The position numbers and the translations under genes are program-made. From the IMG/VR virus record IMGVR_UViG_3300037502_003029, positions 1,052 through 65,051 of that record: a stretch of DNA of 64,000 nt. The stretch is one strand, 5' to 3'. Source of the DNA: a virus. Positions 28,390 to 36,063 of the stretch are shown in pieces (position 1 is the stretch's first letter; each line of letters begins with the position of its first letter). The notes below the pieces were generated by a model. That model searched no databases, was not told the DNA's origin, and saw nothing but the letters and a program-made list of their open reading frames with translations.

Positions 28390-30054
28390 ATGTTTAACAG
28401 CAAACAAACTCAACTAATTTCAAAAGATGAAACTAAACAAAAAACATCTGCTTTTGTTAATGCTGGTTTAAAAAAATCAGCAGAAACAACTTCAGGTAAT
28501 GGTGCTTTAAAATATAGCACTACTGGTAATGATTTTGTAGATCAATTTGGTAAACTTGGTTCATATAAATCACCAAGAAGTTTTGAAGATATATCTCGTG
28601 ATATGTCTACATTATGGGCTCAAAACGCCTTACTTACTGTATGTTTTGTATTTTTTATAAGAATGATAACTCGTGTAGTTCAGTTCTTTGATAATACTAA
28701 AACATCAACTGTACAACGTGGAGCAGGATTAAAACATGAAGGTATTTTTAGAATGATATGGATTCATATACATCATAAAGATACCTTTTGGAAAAACATA
28801 TCATTATGGATTTCTATAGGTAGCTGGAAAGATATTATAACCATGCTCTCTTATGATCTTCAATATAATGGATGGAAAGATAGAAAATTAGATTGGGATA
28901 GTTTTGGTAAACTAATTTTAGCAGGATTAGAAAATCCTAATACTGTTAATTTAGTAAAAAAATATTTACCACAAATAAAATCTAACTCACAATGTACAAC
29001 ATTAGAAGCGCAAGCTGATAATATAATTGCAAAGTGGATATGTTCTTTATTATTTGGTAGTAAAGAAACTCCATCTAGTTATAAAAAATATAGAAAACTT
29101 AAAGCTTCAGGTACAGCGCATCAATGGCAGCAATTAATATCTCAACGTAAGCATAATCTTATTGATTTTAATACTGTTCACGGTAGAGCACTATCTCAAT
29201 TAGTATCTAGTAAATATTTGAAAAATCAAGGTTTAGAAGCTAAATATCAGAAGTGGATAGAATCTAAACCTATAGCTAAATTTACTGGATATGTACATGA
29301 ATTGTTTCACAAACTACCTCAAACAAAATATCAAATAGATACTTTAAATGCTCAATTTAATGGATTAGTAGAAACAGCAAAAAAAAATGCTACAACTGCT
29401 ACATCTATGATTGTAGTTAGAGATACATCTTATTCTATGAGAAGTTTTGCAACTGGTACTAATATGGCATGTTATAACGTTGCAAAAGCTCTTGCTTTGT
29501 TTTTTAGTGAAATGCTACCTAATGGTGCATTTGCTAATTCATGGATTGAATTTAATTCAAGTGCAAAAATGCGTACATGGAAAGGATCTACTCCATATGA
29601 AAAATGGACAAATGATACATCCAGTTATATTGGTAGTACAAACTTTCAATCAGTAATAAAACTTTTTTGTAATATTAAAGAGCAAGGAATCTCTGAATCA
29701 GAATTTCCAACAGGTATTATCTGTATAAGTGATAGTGAATTTAATCCTGCAGGTTTAAATAAGACTAATGTACAAACCGCCTTATCTACTTTAAGAAAAG
29801 AAGGTTTTTCTGAAGAATATGTTTCTAATTTTAAAATAGTTCTTTGGAATTTACAATCTAAAGCATATGGAGGAGCAGGAAATAAATTTGAAACCTATGG
29901 TAATGTACCTAATGTTTATTACTTTAGTGGTTTTGATGGTTCTATTGTAGCATTTCTCACTGGAGTAGAAGGTAAAACTTTTACACCAAGCACTGCTGAA
30001 GAATTATTTTTAGCAGCAATGGATCAAGAGATTTTGAAAAAGATAGTAGTATAA
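28390..30054 (+). CDS. vWA/MIDAS-domain protein with Ro60/Rsr-like architecture (N-terminal helical ~330 aa, C-terminal vWA)
   Basis: MIDAS IVVRDTSYSM (DxSxS) at about aa 340 of 554; the size and domain order match TROVE+vWA Ro60 orthologues. The TROVE assignment itself is inferred and not verified. Confidence 0.4.
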   Translation: MFNSKQTQLISKDETKQKTSAFVNAGLKKSAETTSGNGALKYSTTGNDFVDQFGKLGSYKSPRSFEDISRDMSTLWAQNALLTVCFVFFIRMITRVVQFFDNTKTSTVQRGAGLKHEGIFRMIWIHIHHKDTFWKNISLWISIGSWKDIITMLSYDLQYNGWKDRKLDWDSFGKLILAGLENPNTVNLVKKYLPQIKSNSQCTTLEAQADNIIAKWICSLLFGSKETPSSYKKYRKLKASGTAHQWQQLISQRKHNLIDFNTVHGRALSQLVSSKYLKNQGLEAKYQKWIESKPIAKFTGYVHELFHKLPQTKYQIDTLNAQFNGLVETAKKNATTATSMIVVRDTSYSMRSFATGTNMACYNVAKALALFFSEMLPNGAFANSWIEFNSSAKMRTWKGSTPYEKWTNDTSSYIGSTNFQSVIKLFCNIKEQGISESEFPTGIICISDSEFNPAGLNKTNVQTALSTLRKEGFSEEYVSNFKIVLWNLQSKAYGGAGNKFETYGNVPNVYYFSGFDGSIVAFLTGVEGKTFTPSTAEELFLAAMDQEILKKIVV

Positions 30055-30355
30055 ATCAAAACGAAGTAACAGAAAGAATTGGTGTATATAGCACATCTGT
30101 TATTTTTTTACATGGGGGATAATAGGCAATCGACTAATAATAAAAAATATACAATCAGCAGTGAGAATGGTAGTAGTCTCACTATAATAACTTATACCAA
30201 ACATTAAATGGCAATTTATTTAACAAATTGACTGAAGGTGCTAAAGTAGTATCTTTGGTTTCAAGTTTTAAACCACAAGTAGCAGTTGCTGCTTGATCTT
30301 GAGCAAACAAAGGTTTTTTATAATTTCTCTATTTTAGTATTAATATAAATAGAGT

Positions 30356-30480
30356 GGTGGATGCTTAACCGTACTGGTTAGCCCTTTTTATTCTTGTAGG
30401 TAGTAAAAGAACCTTCATTAAGCTGTATAAATTGTATATCGTATATTATTAACACACGGGTTCGAGTCCCGTATCCTCCA
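30356..30480 (+). ncRNA. tRNA-like/Y-RNA-like element
   Basis: Canonical T-arm ACGGG-TTCGAGT-CCCGT at 30456-30472 and acceptor 3' strand ATCCTCC+A. The only complementary 5' strand is GGTGGAT, 111 nt upstream. An internal hairpin CTTTT...AAAAG is present. Confidence 0.35.
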
Positions 30481-30505
30481 CAAATAAGCAAATTATAGTT
30501 TTTAT

Positions 30506-30578
30506 TGACTCATAGTGTAATGGTTTAGCACCACAGTTTTTGAAGCTGTTAGTTTAGGTTCAAATCCTAATGAGTCAT
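30506..30578 (+). tRNA. tRNA-Gln (anticodon TTG)
   Basis: Acceptor TGACTCA/TGAGTCA, D-stem GTGT/GCAC, anticodon stem ACAGT/GCTGT with loop TTTTGAA, T-arm TTAGG-TTCAAAT-CCTAA. Confidence 0.8.
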
Positions 30579-30599
30579 CACTTTATTAAATTTTAAATC

Positions 30600-31067
30600 A
30601 TGAAAAATGATATAGTTGTATTAAATAAAAATCATGTTGGTAAATATATATCTTTTTATTATAATAATCTTTTTTATGATAAAGGTCTTATTGTAAAAGA
30701 AAACGATATTATATATATATTAAATAACTGTCGTTCTAATAGTAATAAACATAGAATATCTAAAAATAAATATAAATATTCTTTAAGATTTGATGCGTGG
30801 GAGTATTTGAATAGTTGCATAAAAAATATAAAAATACTTGATAATGAATCATCTTTAGCATCAGATATAGAATCTAAAAAAGTTAATTCATTAGATATAC
30901 CAATATCATATATTAATTGTATTCCAGATATAATTATTTCTAAAATAGATAAAACTATAAAAACTGATATAAATATACCTAATATAGATATTCCTAAAAA
31001 GAGTTTAAAAATAAAGTTTTTTTTGAAAAATATTATTACACAACCAATTAAAAAAATCCATATATAA
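30600..31067 (+). CDS. Hypothetical protein
   Basis: ORF track. Confidence 0.4.
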   Translation: MKNDIVVLNKNHVGKYISFYYNNLFYDKGLIVKENDIIYILNNCRSNSNKHRISKNKYKYSLRFDAWEYLNSCIKNIKILDNESSLASDIESKKVNSLDIPISYINCIPDIIISKIDKTIKTDINIPNIDIPKKSLKIKFFLKNIITQPIKKIHI

Positions 31068-31432
31068 TGGCTAAAACATTATCTTATCGCGAATTACTAC
31101 TTCAAAGCAAAGATGATATAGCAAATGAACAATTAGAGTTTAAAATTGAAGAAGCGTCCTTAAAATTTAAACAAGGATTATTATCTGTAGAATCTCAAAT
31201 TATTGAACAAAAAGCTTGTGTATCTAAAAAAGAAAATGCTTTAAAAGTTGCAGAAAATTCATTAGTAACTGCAAAAAGATCTGAGCCTTCAGCTTTAGTA
31301 AATAATATCATTAAAGCAAGAGTAGATATGCTCAATGCAGAGCAAGAAATAATTGCAGCAAAAGAAAGATTACAATATCTTGAAGAAATTTATAACTATT
31401 TAGTAAATACTCAAAAAGAATTAAAATTATGA
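31067..31432 (+). CDS. Hypothetical coiled-coil protein
   Basis: ORF track. Confidence 0.4.
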   Translation: MAKTLSYRELLLQSKDDIANEQLEFKIEEASLKFKQGLLSVESQIIEQKACVSKKENALKVAENSLVTAKRSEPSALVNNIIKARVDMLNAEQEIIAAKERLQYLEEIYNYLVNTQKELKL

Positions 31433-31590
31433 TTATAAAATTATTCCCTTGGATATTTCTATTTAGTTTATTTGGCACTATTATGTATTTTGTATATAAA
31501 TACGAAAAAAAAATAGAAAAGGACAATGAAACTAAATATAAAGATTTTGATAAAGATGATTATGTAGGAGATGATTATTCTAATTTTTAA
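31429..31590 (+). CDS. Small membrane protein (53 aa) absent from the ORF track, ATGA-coupled
   Basis: Manual translation MIIKLFPWIFLFSLFGTIMYFVYKYEKKIEKDNETKYKDFDKDDYVGDDYSNF. Confidence 0.3.
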   Translation: MIIKLFPWIFLFSLFGTIMYFVYKYEKKIEKDNETKYKDFDKDDYVGDDYSNF

Positions 31591-31610
31591 CAAATCTTAA
31601 CAAAAAATAA

Positions 31611-32393
31611 ATGAAAAAATATTTTGTAATTTTATTATTTAGTTTTATCTTTGTGGCCTGTACTTCAGTAGATTCAGGACATAAAGGTGTAGAAGTATCA
31701 TGGGGTGGTAAGACCAACATGAACAAAATTTATGATGAAGGTCTGCATTCGGGATTGCACTGGATACTTGATGATATGATAGAATATGATGTAAGAGAAA
31801 GAACTCTAACCAAAAAATTTGAGTTTAACGATAAAAATAATATGAAAACTGGTGTAGAATTATCAGTTGATTATTCTTTACAAGCAAATGCTGTTAATAC
31901 TATTCATAGTAAAATAGGTAAAGACCAAATTGAAGTTAAAATTTTAACTACTATTAGTTCAGCAGCTAAACAAGTTATTCCTCAATATTCTGCAACAGAA
32001 CTCAATTTAAATAAACGAGAAGAAGCTGAAGATAAATTTTTGGAAATAGTAAAAAAAGAATTTCCAGATTTTTATGTAAATGCTTCAAGAGTTCGTATTA
32101 CTGATGTAGATATTCCTAATCAAATTGCTGAAGCTGCAGAAGCTAATGCTAAACAGCAAGAGCTTAATAAGTTATCTCAATCTAAAGTTGAACAAGCTAA
32201 AAATGAGTTTAATGCTGCTGAATATAATGCTAAAACAAAAGCTATTCTATCTAAACCAGAAATGCTTGAACTACAACGTGTAGAAAATGAGCGTTTAATG
32301 TGGGAAGGATTTAAAACCCATGGTAAATCACCATATGGTGAACATAACGTATTCGGAGGAAATCTTTTATTATCAAAACCTTTAAATAATTAA
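31611..32393 (+). CDS. SPFH/Band-7 (prohibitin/HflKC-like) lipoprotein
   Basis: Lipobox FVACTS; SGHKGVEVSWGG resembles the SPFH N-terminal motif; long C-terminal coiled coil. Confidence 0.4.
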   Translation: MKKYFVILLFSFIFVACTSVDSGHKGVEVSWGGKTNMNKIYDEGLHSGLHWILDDMIEYDVRERTLTKKFEFNDKNNMKTGVELSVDYSLQANAVNTIHSKIGKDQIEVKILTTISSAAKQVIPQYSATELNLNKREEAEDKFLEIVKKEFPDFYVNASRVRITDVDIPNQIAEAAEANAKQQELNKLSQSKVEQAKNEFNAAEYNAKTKAILSKPEMLELQRVENERLMWEGFKTHGKSPYGEHNVFGGNLLLSKPLNN

Positions 32394-32394
32394 A

Positions 32395-32688
32395 ATGCTT
32401 TATTTTCATTCCAAACATGCCCGAAACAGAGTAACTGTTTGCGGTGATTTTTGTGAAGATGGTCTTTGTTTAACTGCAGCTAGATGTAGTGATAAAGATA
32501 ATTTTTGTAGAAAAGAAGGTAGAATACGTGCAGAAGGACGCTTTAACAAAAAGCGTACTTGCGTAACAGTACCGGTTGAAGAAGCTAATTTAAAAACTTT
32601 TGTAGATTTAGCTTCAAAATTCGCTGATTTTGTATCAGCAAACATTAAATTTAAAGACCTTTTAAAACAGGGCGTAAAGCCATTTTAA
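32395..32688 (+). CDS. Hypothetical Cys-rich protein
   Basis: ORF track. Confidence 0.35.
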   Translation: MLYFHSKHARNRVTVCGDFCEDGLCLTAARCSDKDNFCRKEGRIRAEGRFNKKRTCVTVPVEEANLKTFVDLASKFADFVSANIKFKDLLKQGVKPF

Positions 32689-32711
32689 AGGTTAAGTAAA
32701 ATTAAGAATTA

Positions 32712-32780
32712 GGAAATCTTACAGCAAATTAATAACAATTTTGTTCGACCATATTTAAATTAAATTTTATATAGATTTCC
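32712..32780 (+). ncRNA. Structured RNA unit A (terminal helix GGAAATCT/AGATTTCC; ACAGCAAATTAATA box)
   Basis: Perfect 8-bp inverted repeat closing a 69-nt unit; conserved box directly 3' of the 5' strand. Confidence 0.5.
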
Positions 32781-32785
32781 GATAA

Positions 32786-32850
32786 GAACAGTTACAGCAA
32801 ATTAATACAAGCACCAAACTTTTAATTTGACACGCTAATTAATACTGTTC
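32786..32850 (+). ncRNA. Structured RNA unit B (GAACAGT/ACTGTTC; ACAGCAAATTAATA box)
   Basis: As unit A; GATAAG linker on both sides. Confidence 0.5.
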
Positions 32851-32855
32851 TGATA

Positions 32856-32964
32856 AGTACACACACAGCAAATATTAAAAAAAACGGATCAACAACATTA
32901 ATTTCTATTTAATACTTGTAAATCCTAGTTGGTTCAAATCCAGCAGGTTGAAATAAAGTGTACT
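32856..32964 (+). ncRNA. Structured RNA unit C (AGTACAC/GTGTACT) containing anticodon-like hairpin ATTTA-ATACTTG-TAAAT and T-arm GTTGG-TTCAAAT-CCAGC
   Basis: Seen in sequence. Confidence 0.5.
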
Positions 32965-32968
32965 GATA

Positions 32969-33104
32969 AAGATAGTAACAGCAACTTTTATGTTAAAGAA
33001 GATCTGTGGGTCACAAGTTCAAATCTTGTATTCTTATGTAAATAAGAATTAGCTCAGTTGGTAGAGCAATGGAATAAAACAAAATACTATCTTGTTTTTT
33101 TTTT
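32969..33104 (+). ncRNA. Structured RNA unit D (AAGATAGTA/TACTATCTT, then T10) with circularly permuted tRNA module: T-arm + acceptor 3' strand ATTCTTA, 6-nt spacer, acceptor 5' strand TAAGAAT + canonical D-arm AGCTCAGTTGGTAGAGC
   Basis: Seen in sequence; both acceptor strands are perfectly complementary but in reversed gene order. Confidence 0.5.
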
Positions 33105-33122
33105 AATTTTAAAACTTAAAAA

Positions 33123-33620
33123 ATGAATCTTAAAACAGACGATTTTTTAGTAAAATTATATAACGAAGTATATGACAAATTACCTACAAATGTATGTAGT
33201 TTTTTTTGGGGAACATTTTATATTATGTTAAATTTTTTAACAACTATATTTGGAATTATCCAATTAAGTGTTTCATATTATTATTATAATAAAGATAAAT
33301 CAAGTGCAATTGATGCTATAATTGGAATAACTTATTTAGAAAGATTTTTACAAGTCCTATTTATTAGTAATATTATTCAAAATCTTAAAATTACTACAAA
33401 TTATATACTTTTAGATTATATAATATTTATATCGTTAATAGTAGTTACTATTATTTTATTTTATTTTTTAACTAATTTTATAGGGTTTATTAGTGATATT
33501 ATAAGTAATTATTCAAATAGTCCGAGTAAACAAAAAAATAATAAACAACCTGGTTTAATAAAAACTTATTTTAAAAGTATAAAAGAAAAGTATTGTGAAT
33601 TAATCACATATACTGATTAA
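33123..33620 (+). CDS. Hypothetical multi-pass membrane protein
   Basis: Three or four hydrophobic helices. Confidence 0.45.
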   Translation: MNLKTDDFLVKLYNEVYDKLPTNVCSFFWGTFYIMLNFLTTIFGIIQLSVSYYYYNKDKSSAIDAIIGITYLERFLQVLFISNIIQNLKITTNYILLDYIIFISLIVVTIILFYFLTNFIGFISDIISNYSNSPSKQKNNKQPGLIKTYFKSIKEKYCELITYTD

Positions 33621-33628
33621 TATTATAT

Positions 33629-33744
33629 GGGGGCAGATGGAAATTTTAATCAGTATTGATTAATAACAGCAAATTATAATTAAATAAATAGCACAAATTG
33701 TCACTTTGTAGTTCATTACATCCTGAAAGTAATTGCCCCCGCCA
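33629..33744 (+). ncRNA. Structured RNA unit U1 (GGGGGCA ... TGCCCCC-G-CCA: acceptor-like stem with encoded CCA; internal hairpin TTAATCA/TGATTAA; ACAGCAAATTATAA box)
   Basis: Seen in sequence. Confidence 0.45.
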
Positions 33745-33746
33745 CA

Positions 33747-33820
33747 AGATATCATACAGCAAATTAAAAATATTTAAACACAAAAATAGGGATTTTGCAA
33801 GTTTTTATAAAATGATATCT
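33747..33820 (+). ncRNA. Structured RNA unit U2 (AGATATCAT/ATGATATCT; ACAGCAAATTAAAAA box)
   Basis: Perfect 9-bp terminal helix. Confidence 0.5.
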
Positions 33821-33828
33821 GTTTAATA

Positions 33829-33926
33829 AATTCTCATACAGCAAGTATATATATAAAAAAATCTTTTTCTAAACAAAAGCGAAGCCTGGATGGTGGGTAT
33901 TAAGGGTTCGATTCCCTACGAGAATT
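33829..33926 (+). ncRNA. Structured RNA unit U3 (AATTCTCAT/ACGAGAATT, 8 of 9 bp) containing T-arm-like AGGG-TTCGATT-CCCT
   Basis: Seen in sequence. Confidence 0.45.
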
Positions 33927-33931
33927 GATAA

Positions 33932-33992
33932 GAGTACATACAGCAAATTTAAAAACACCCTGATTTATAATTTGGTTATGTAAAATGTACTC
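33932..33992 (+). ncRNA. Structured RNA unit U4 (GAGTACAT/ATGTACTC; ACAGCAAATTTAAAAA box)
   Basis: Perfect 8-bp terminal helix. Confidence 0.5.
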
Positions 33993-33997
33993 TGATA

Positions 33998-34070
33998 AGA
34001 AGCGAAACAGCAAATTAATTATAGGACTAGACTTTTAATCTAACATTCTAAATAATCGCTTCTGTTTTTT
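33998..34070 (+). ncRNA. Structured RNA unit U5 (AGAAGCGA/TCGCTTCT, then T6) with anticodon-like loop CTTTTAA on stem TAGA/TCTA
   Basis: Seen in sequence. Confidence 0.5.
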
Positions 34071-34166
34071 AACTTTAAAAATAAAATAACATGTTTGATA
34101 TTATTATTGCTGGTTTAATTGTATATGCGTTTATAGGTATAATAATATATTTAGATAAATATACAG

Positions 34167-34535
34167 ATGAGCAAAATCAGTCTAGAAAGATTTAAACAAA
34201 GTATTAAATCAGGTAAAATACCTATTAAAAAAAGATACGGCGGTAAGCTAAAATGGTTCGGAGAACTTGCAGTTTTTGGTGATTATGTATTGGATTCAGT
34301 AACCGCAGAATTTGATTATAAAGGAGTTGATAAAAATAAAATTAAAAACTTTTTAAATTCAAATGAATTTATGCGATTTTGTACTCCAAAATTATATCCC
34401 AAAAACTGCACTTATTATAGCGGTCCATTTTTAGCTGATGCTGCCGAAGCTTATATAGGTAGATTATTTTTAAACAGTGGCGAAAAAGCTGTAACAGAAT
34501 ATATATTACACAATTTAAGAAAATATATAGAATAA
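34167..34535 (+). CDS. Hypothetical protein
   Basis: ORF track. Confidence 0.4.
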   Translation: MSKISLERFKQSIKSGKIPIKKRYGGKLKWFGELAVFGDYVLDSVTAEFDYKGVDKNKIKNFLNSNEFMRFCTPKLYPKNCTYYSGPFLADAAEAYIGRLFLNSGEKAVTEYILHNLRKYIE

Positions 34536-34588
34536 TCTCTTAATTTTTTTAAAGTCTTATAAATATTATTATAAAATTATTAATAAAT

Positions 34589-34915
34589 ATGAAGCATAAA
34601 GTATTAAAAAAACATTTAAAAGAAGGAAATATATTACCAATATATATAAATTGGCAAGAACAACAAGGTTTTAGAGGTAATGCAGTATTATTAAAACGAT
34701 TGGTAAGTAGAGAACCACCAGAAGAAGATAAAATTTATTTATTTAAAGAAATAGGTGATATAATAAAAGATCGCTTAAAAGATAAAATAAATATACTTTA
34801 TTCTTATCAGTGGTGGAGAATTGAATTTATTGATGGTCCAAATTCAGGATTTGTAACTGCTGTAAAAATAGCATATTACAAAAGAACTTTTTGGCAAACA
34901 GAAGAAGAAGAATAA
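34589..34915 (+). CDS. Hypothetical protein
   Basis: ORF track. Confidence 0.4.
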   Translation: MKHKVLKKHLKEGNILPIYINWQEQQGFRGNAVLLKRLVSREPPEEDKIYLFKEIGDIIKDRLKDKINILYSYQWWRIEFIDGPNSGFVTAVKIAYYKRTFWQTEEEE

Positions 34916-34917
34916 CT

Positions 34918-36063
34918 ATGACAATAAGATTTTTTGATTTAGAAATATATCCAAACTTATTTGTAGCTGTATTTTATAATCCTTATGATAAAGAATATAC
35001 AACTTTTACATTATGGGAGCATAATGGATTAGCACAAATAAATGAATTACCGCAATTAAAAAAATATCTTAAAGATAATTCAGATATTTATTTTTGTGGA
35101 TATAATTCTTTAGGATATGATATGCAAATTCTTACAGAAATTATAAAAAAGAATTTGTGTACTACAGACCAGATTAAGCAATTTAATGATTACTTAATAT
35201 CACAGGAATGGCCTATATATAGAGAAAAAGATTTATGTGGTAAAACACTAGATTTAATGCTTATCAATAATTATGGACCAAAAAGCGCTAAAAGTACATC
35301 ATTAAAAAAACTTGAGTTTAATCTTAGAAAAAAGAAAATACAAGATTTACCATATCATTTTAATGATTTAATAACAAAAGAATCTGAAGTAAATGATATT
35401 ATAAAATATTGTAAGTATGACGTAGAAGTTACTGTAGATGTATTTAGATTGAGTAAAGAACTTATTAATTTAAGATTAGAATTTGAACCTATAATTGGAG
35501 AATCTGTATTAAATTCACCTGAACCTGATTTAGCTAAAAAGTTTGTTTATAAAGAATTAGCTAATTATATGGATATTGATGTTAATACTTTTAAGAAACT
35601 AAGAACTTATCATGAAGAAATAAAAGTTAAAGATTTAATATTACCTTTTATTAACTTTACAAAAGAACATTATAAAGAAGTATTAGATTATTATAACGGA
35701 CTAGTTTTAAATGCTACTAATAAATCAGTATTAGGAAATCAAAAAGTAATAAACTTAAAAAATGCAGTAAACAAAACTATTAATTATGATGGTTTAGAAA
35801 CTGTATACGGTAGTGGAGGTATTCACGCTTCAGTAGAAGCTGGTGTATATTCAGAGTCTGAAGAATATATGATTACTACTGCTGATTTTACATCTTATTA
35901 TCCTCATTTACAGTTTATACATGATTGTATAGCAGGACATATACCATCTGAATTATATTCTAAATTAGTTAAATATCTTTTTGCAGAAAGAAAAAAACAT
36001 GCTAAAGGAACAAGCTTAAACTATGTATATAAAATTATGATTAATTTACTTTACGGTGGTTAA
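34918..36063 (+). CDS. Family-B DNA polymerase, exon 1 (3'-5' exonuclease domain through polymerase motif B); alternative start at 34891
   Basis: Exo I FDLEIYPN, Exo II GYNSLGYDMQIL (YGYNxxxFDxxxL), Exo III YCKYDVEV. The ORF ends exactly at motif B, KIMINLLYGG (Kx3NSxYG). Confidence 0.55.
   Translation: MTIRFFDLEIYPNLFVAVFYNPYDKEYTTFTLWEHNGLAQINELPQLKKYLKDNSDIYFCGYNSLGYDMQILTEIIKKNLCTTDQIKQFNDYLISQEWPIYREKDLCGKTLDLMLINNYGPKSAKSTSLKKLEFNLRKKKIQDLPYHFNDLITKESEVNDIIKYCKYDVEVTVDVFRLSKELINLRLEFEPIIGESVLNSPEPDLAKKFVYKELANYMDIDVNTFKKLRTYHEEIKVKDLILPFINFTKEHYKEVLDYYNGLVLNATNKSVLGNQKVINLKNAVNKTINYDGLETVYGSGGIHASVEAGVYSESEEYMITTADFTSYYPHLQFIHDCIAGHIPSELYSKLVKYLFAERKKHAKGTSLNYVYKIMINLLYGG

Noticed and set aside
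30456-30480. The tRNA 3' fragment taken as the attP core of an integrative element
   Set aside because: No integrase/recombinase ORF is recognisable anywhere in the window, and a candidate 5' strand plus a D-arm-like segment exist 111 nt upstream. This reading is kept only as an alternative in the findings.
32406-32645. Minus-strand ORF overlapping 32395..32688
   Set aside because: The plus-strand frame matches the orientation of all neighbouring genes, so the minus ORF is likely spurious.
33990-34010. A hammerhead ribozyme core (CUGAUGA...GAAA) in CTGATAAGAAGCGAAAC
   Set aside because: The invariant G8 is an A here (CUGAUAAG), and no helix II/III arrangement fits. This is probably a coincidental resemblance.
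32700-34070. Reading the repeated (T)GATAAG-N8-ACAGCAAAT box as a CRISPR array
   Set aside because: The 'repeats' contain a variable 7-9 nt core that is complementary to the end of the following 'spacer'. Unit lengths vary from 61 to 125 nt. The interiors contain tRNA-like arms. None of this fits CRISPR repeat/spacer organisation.
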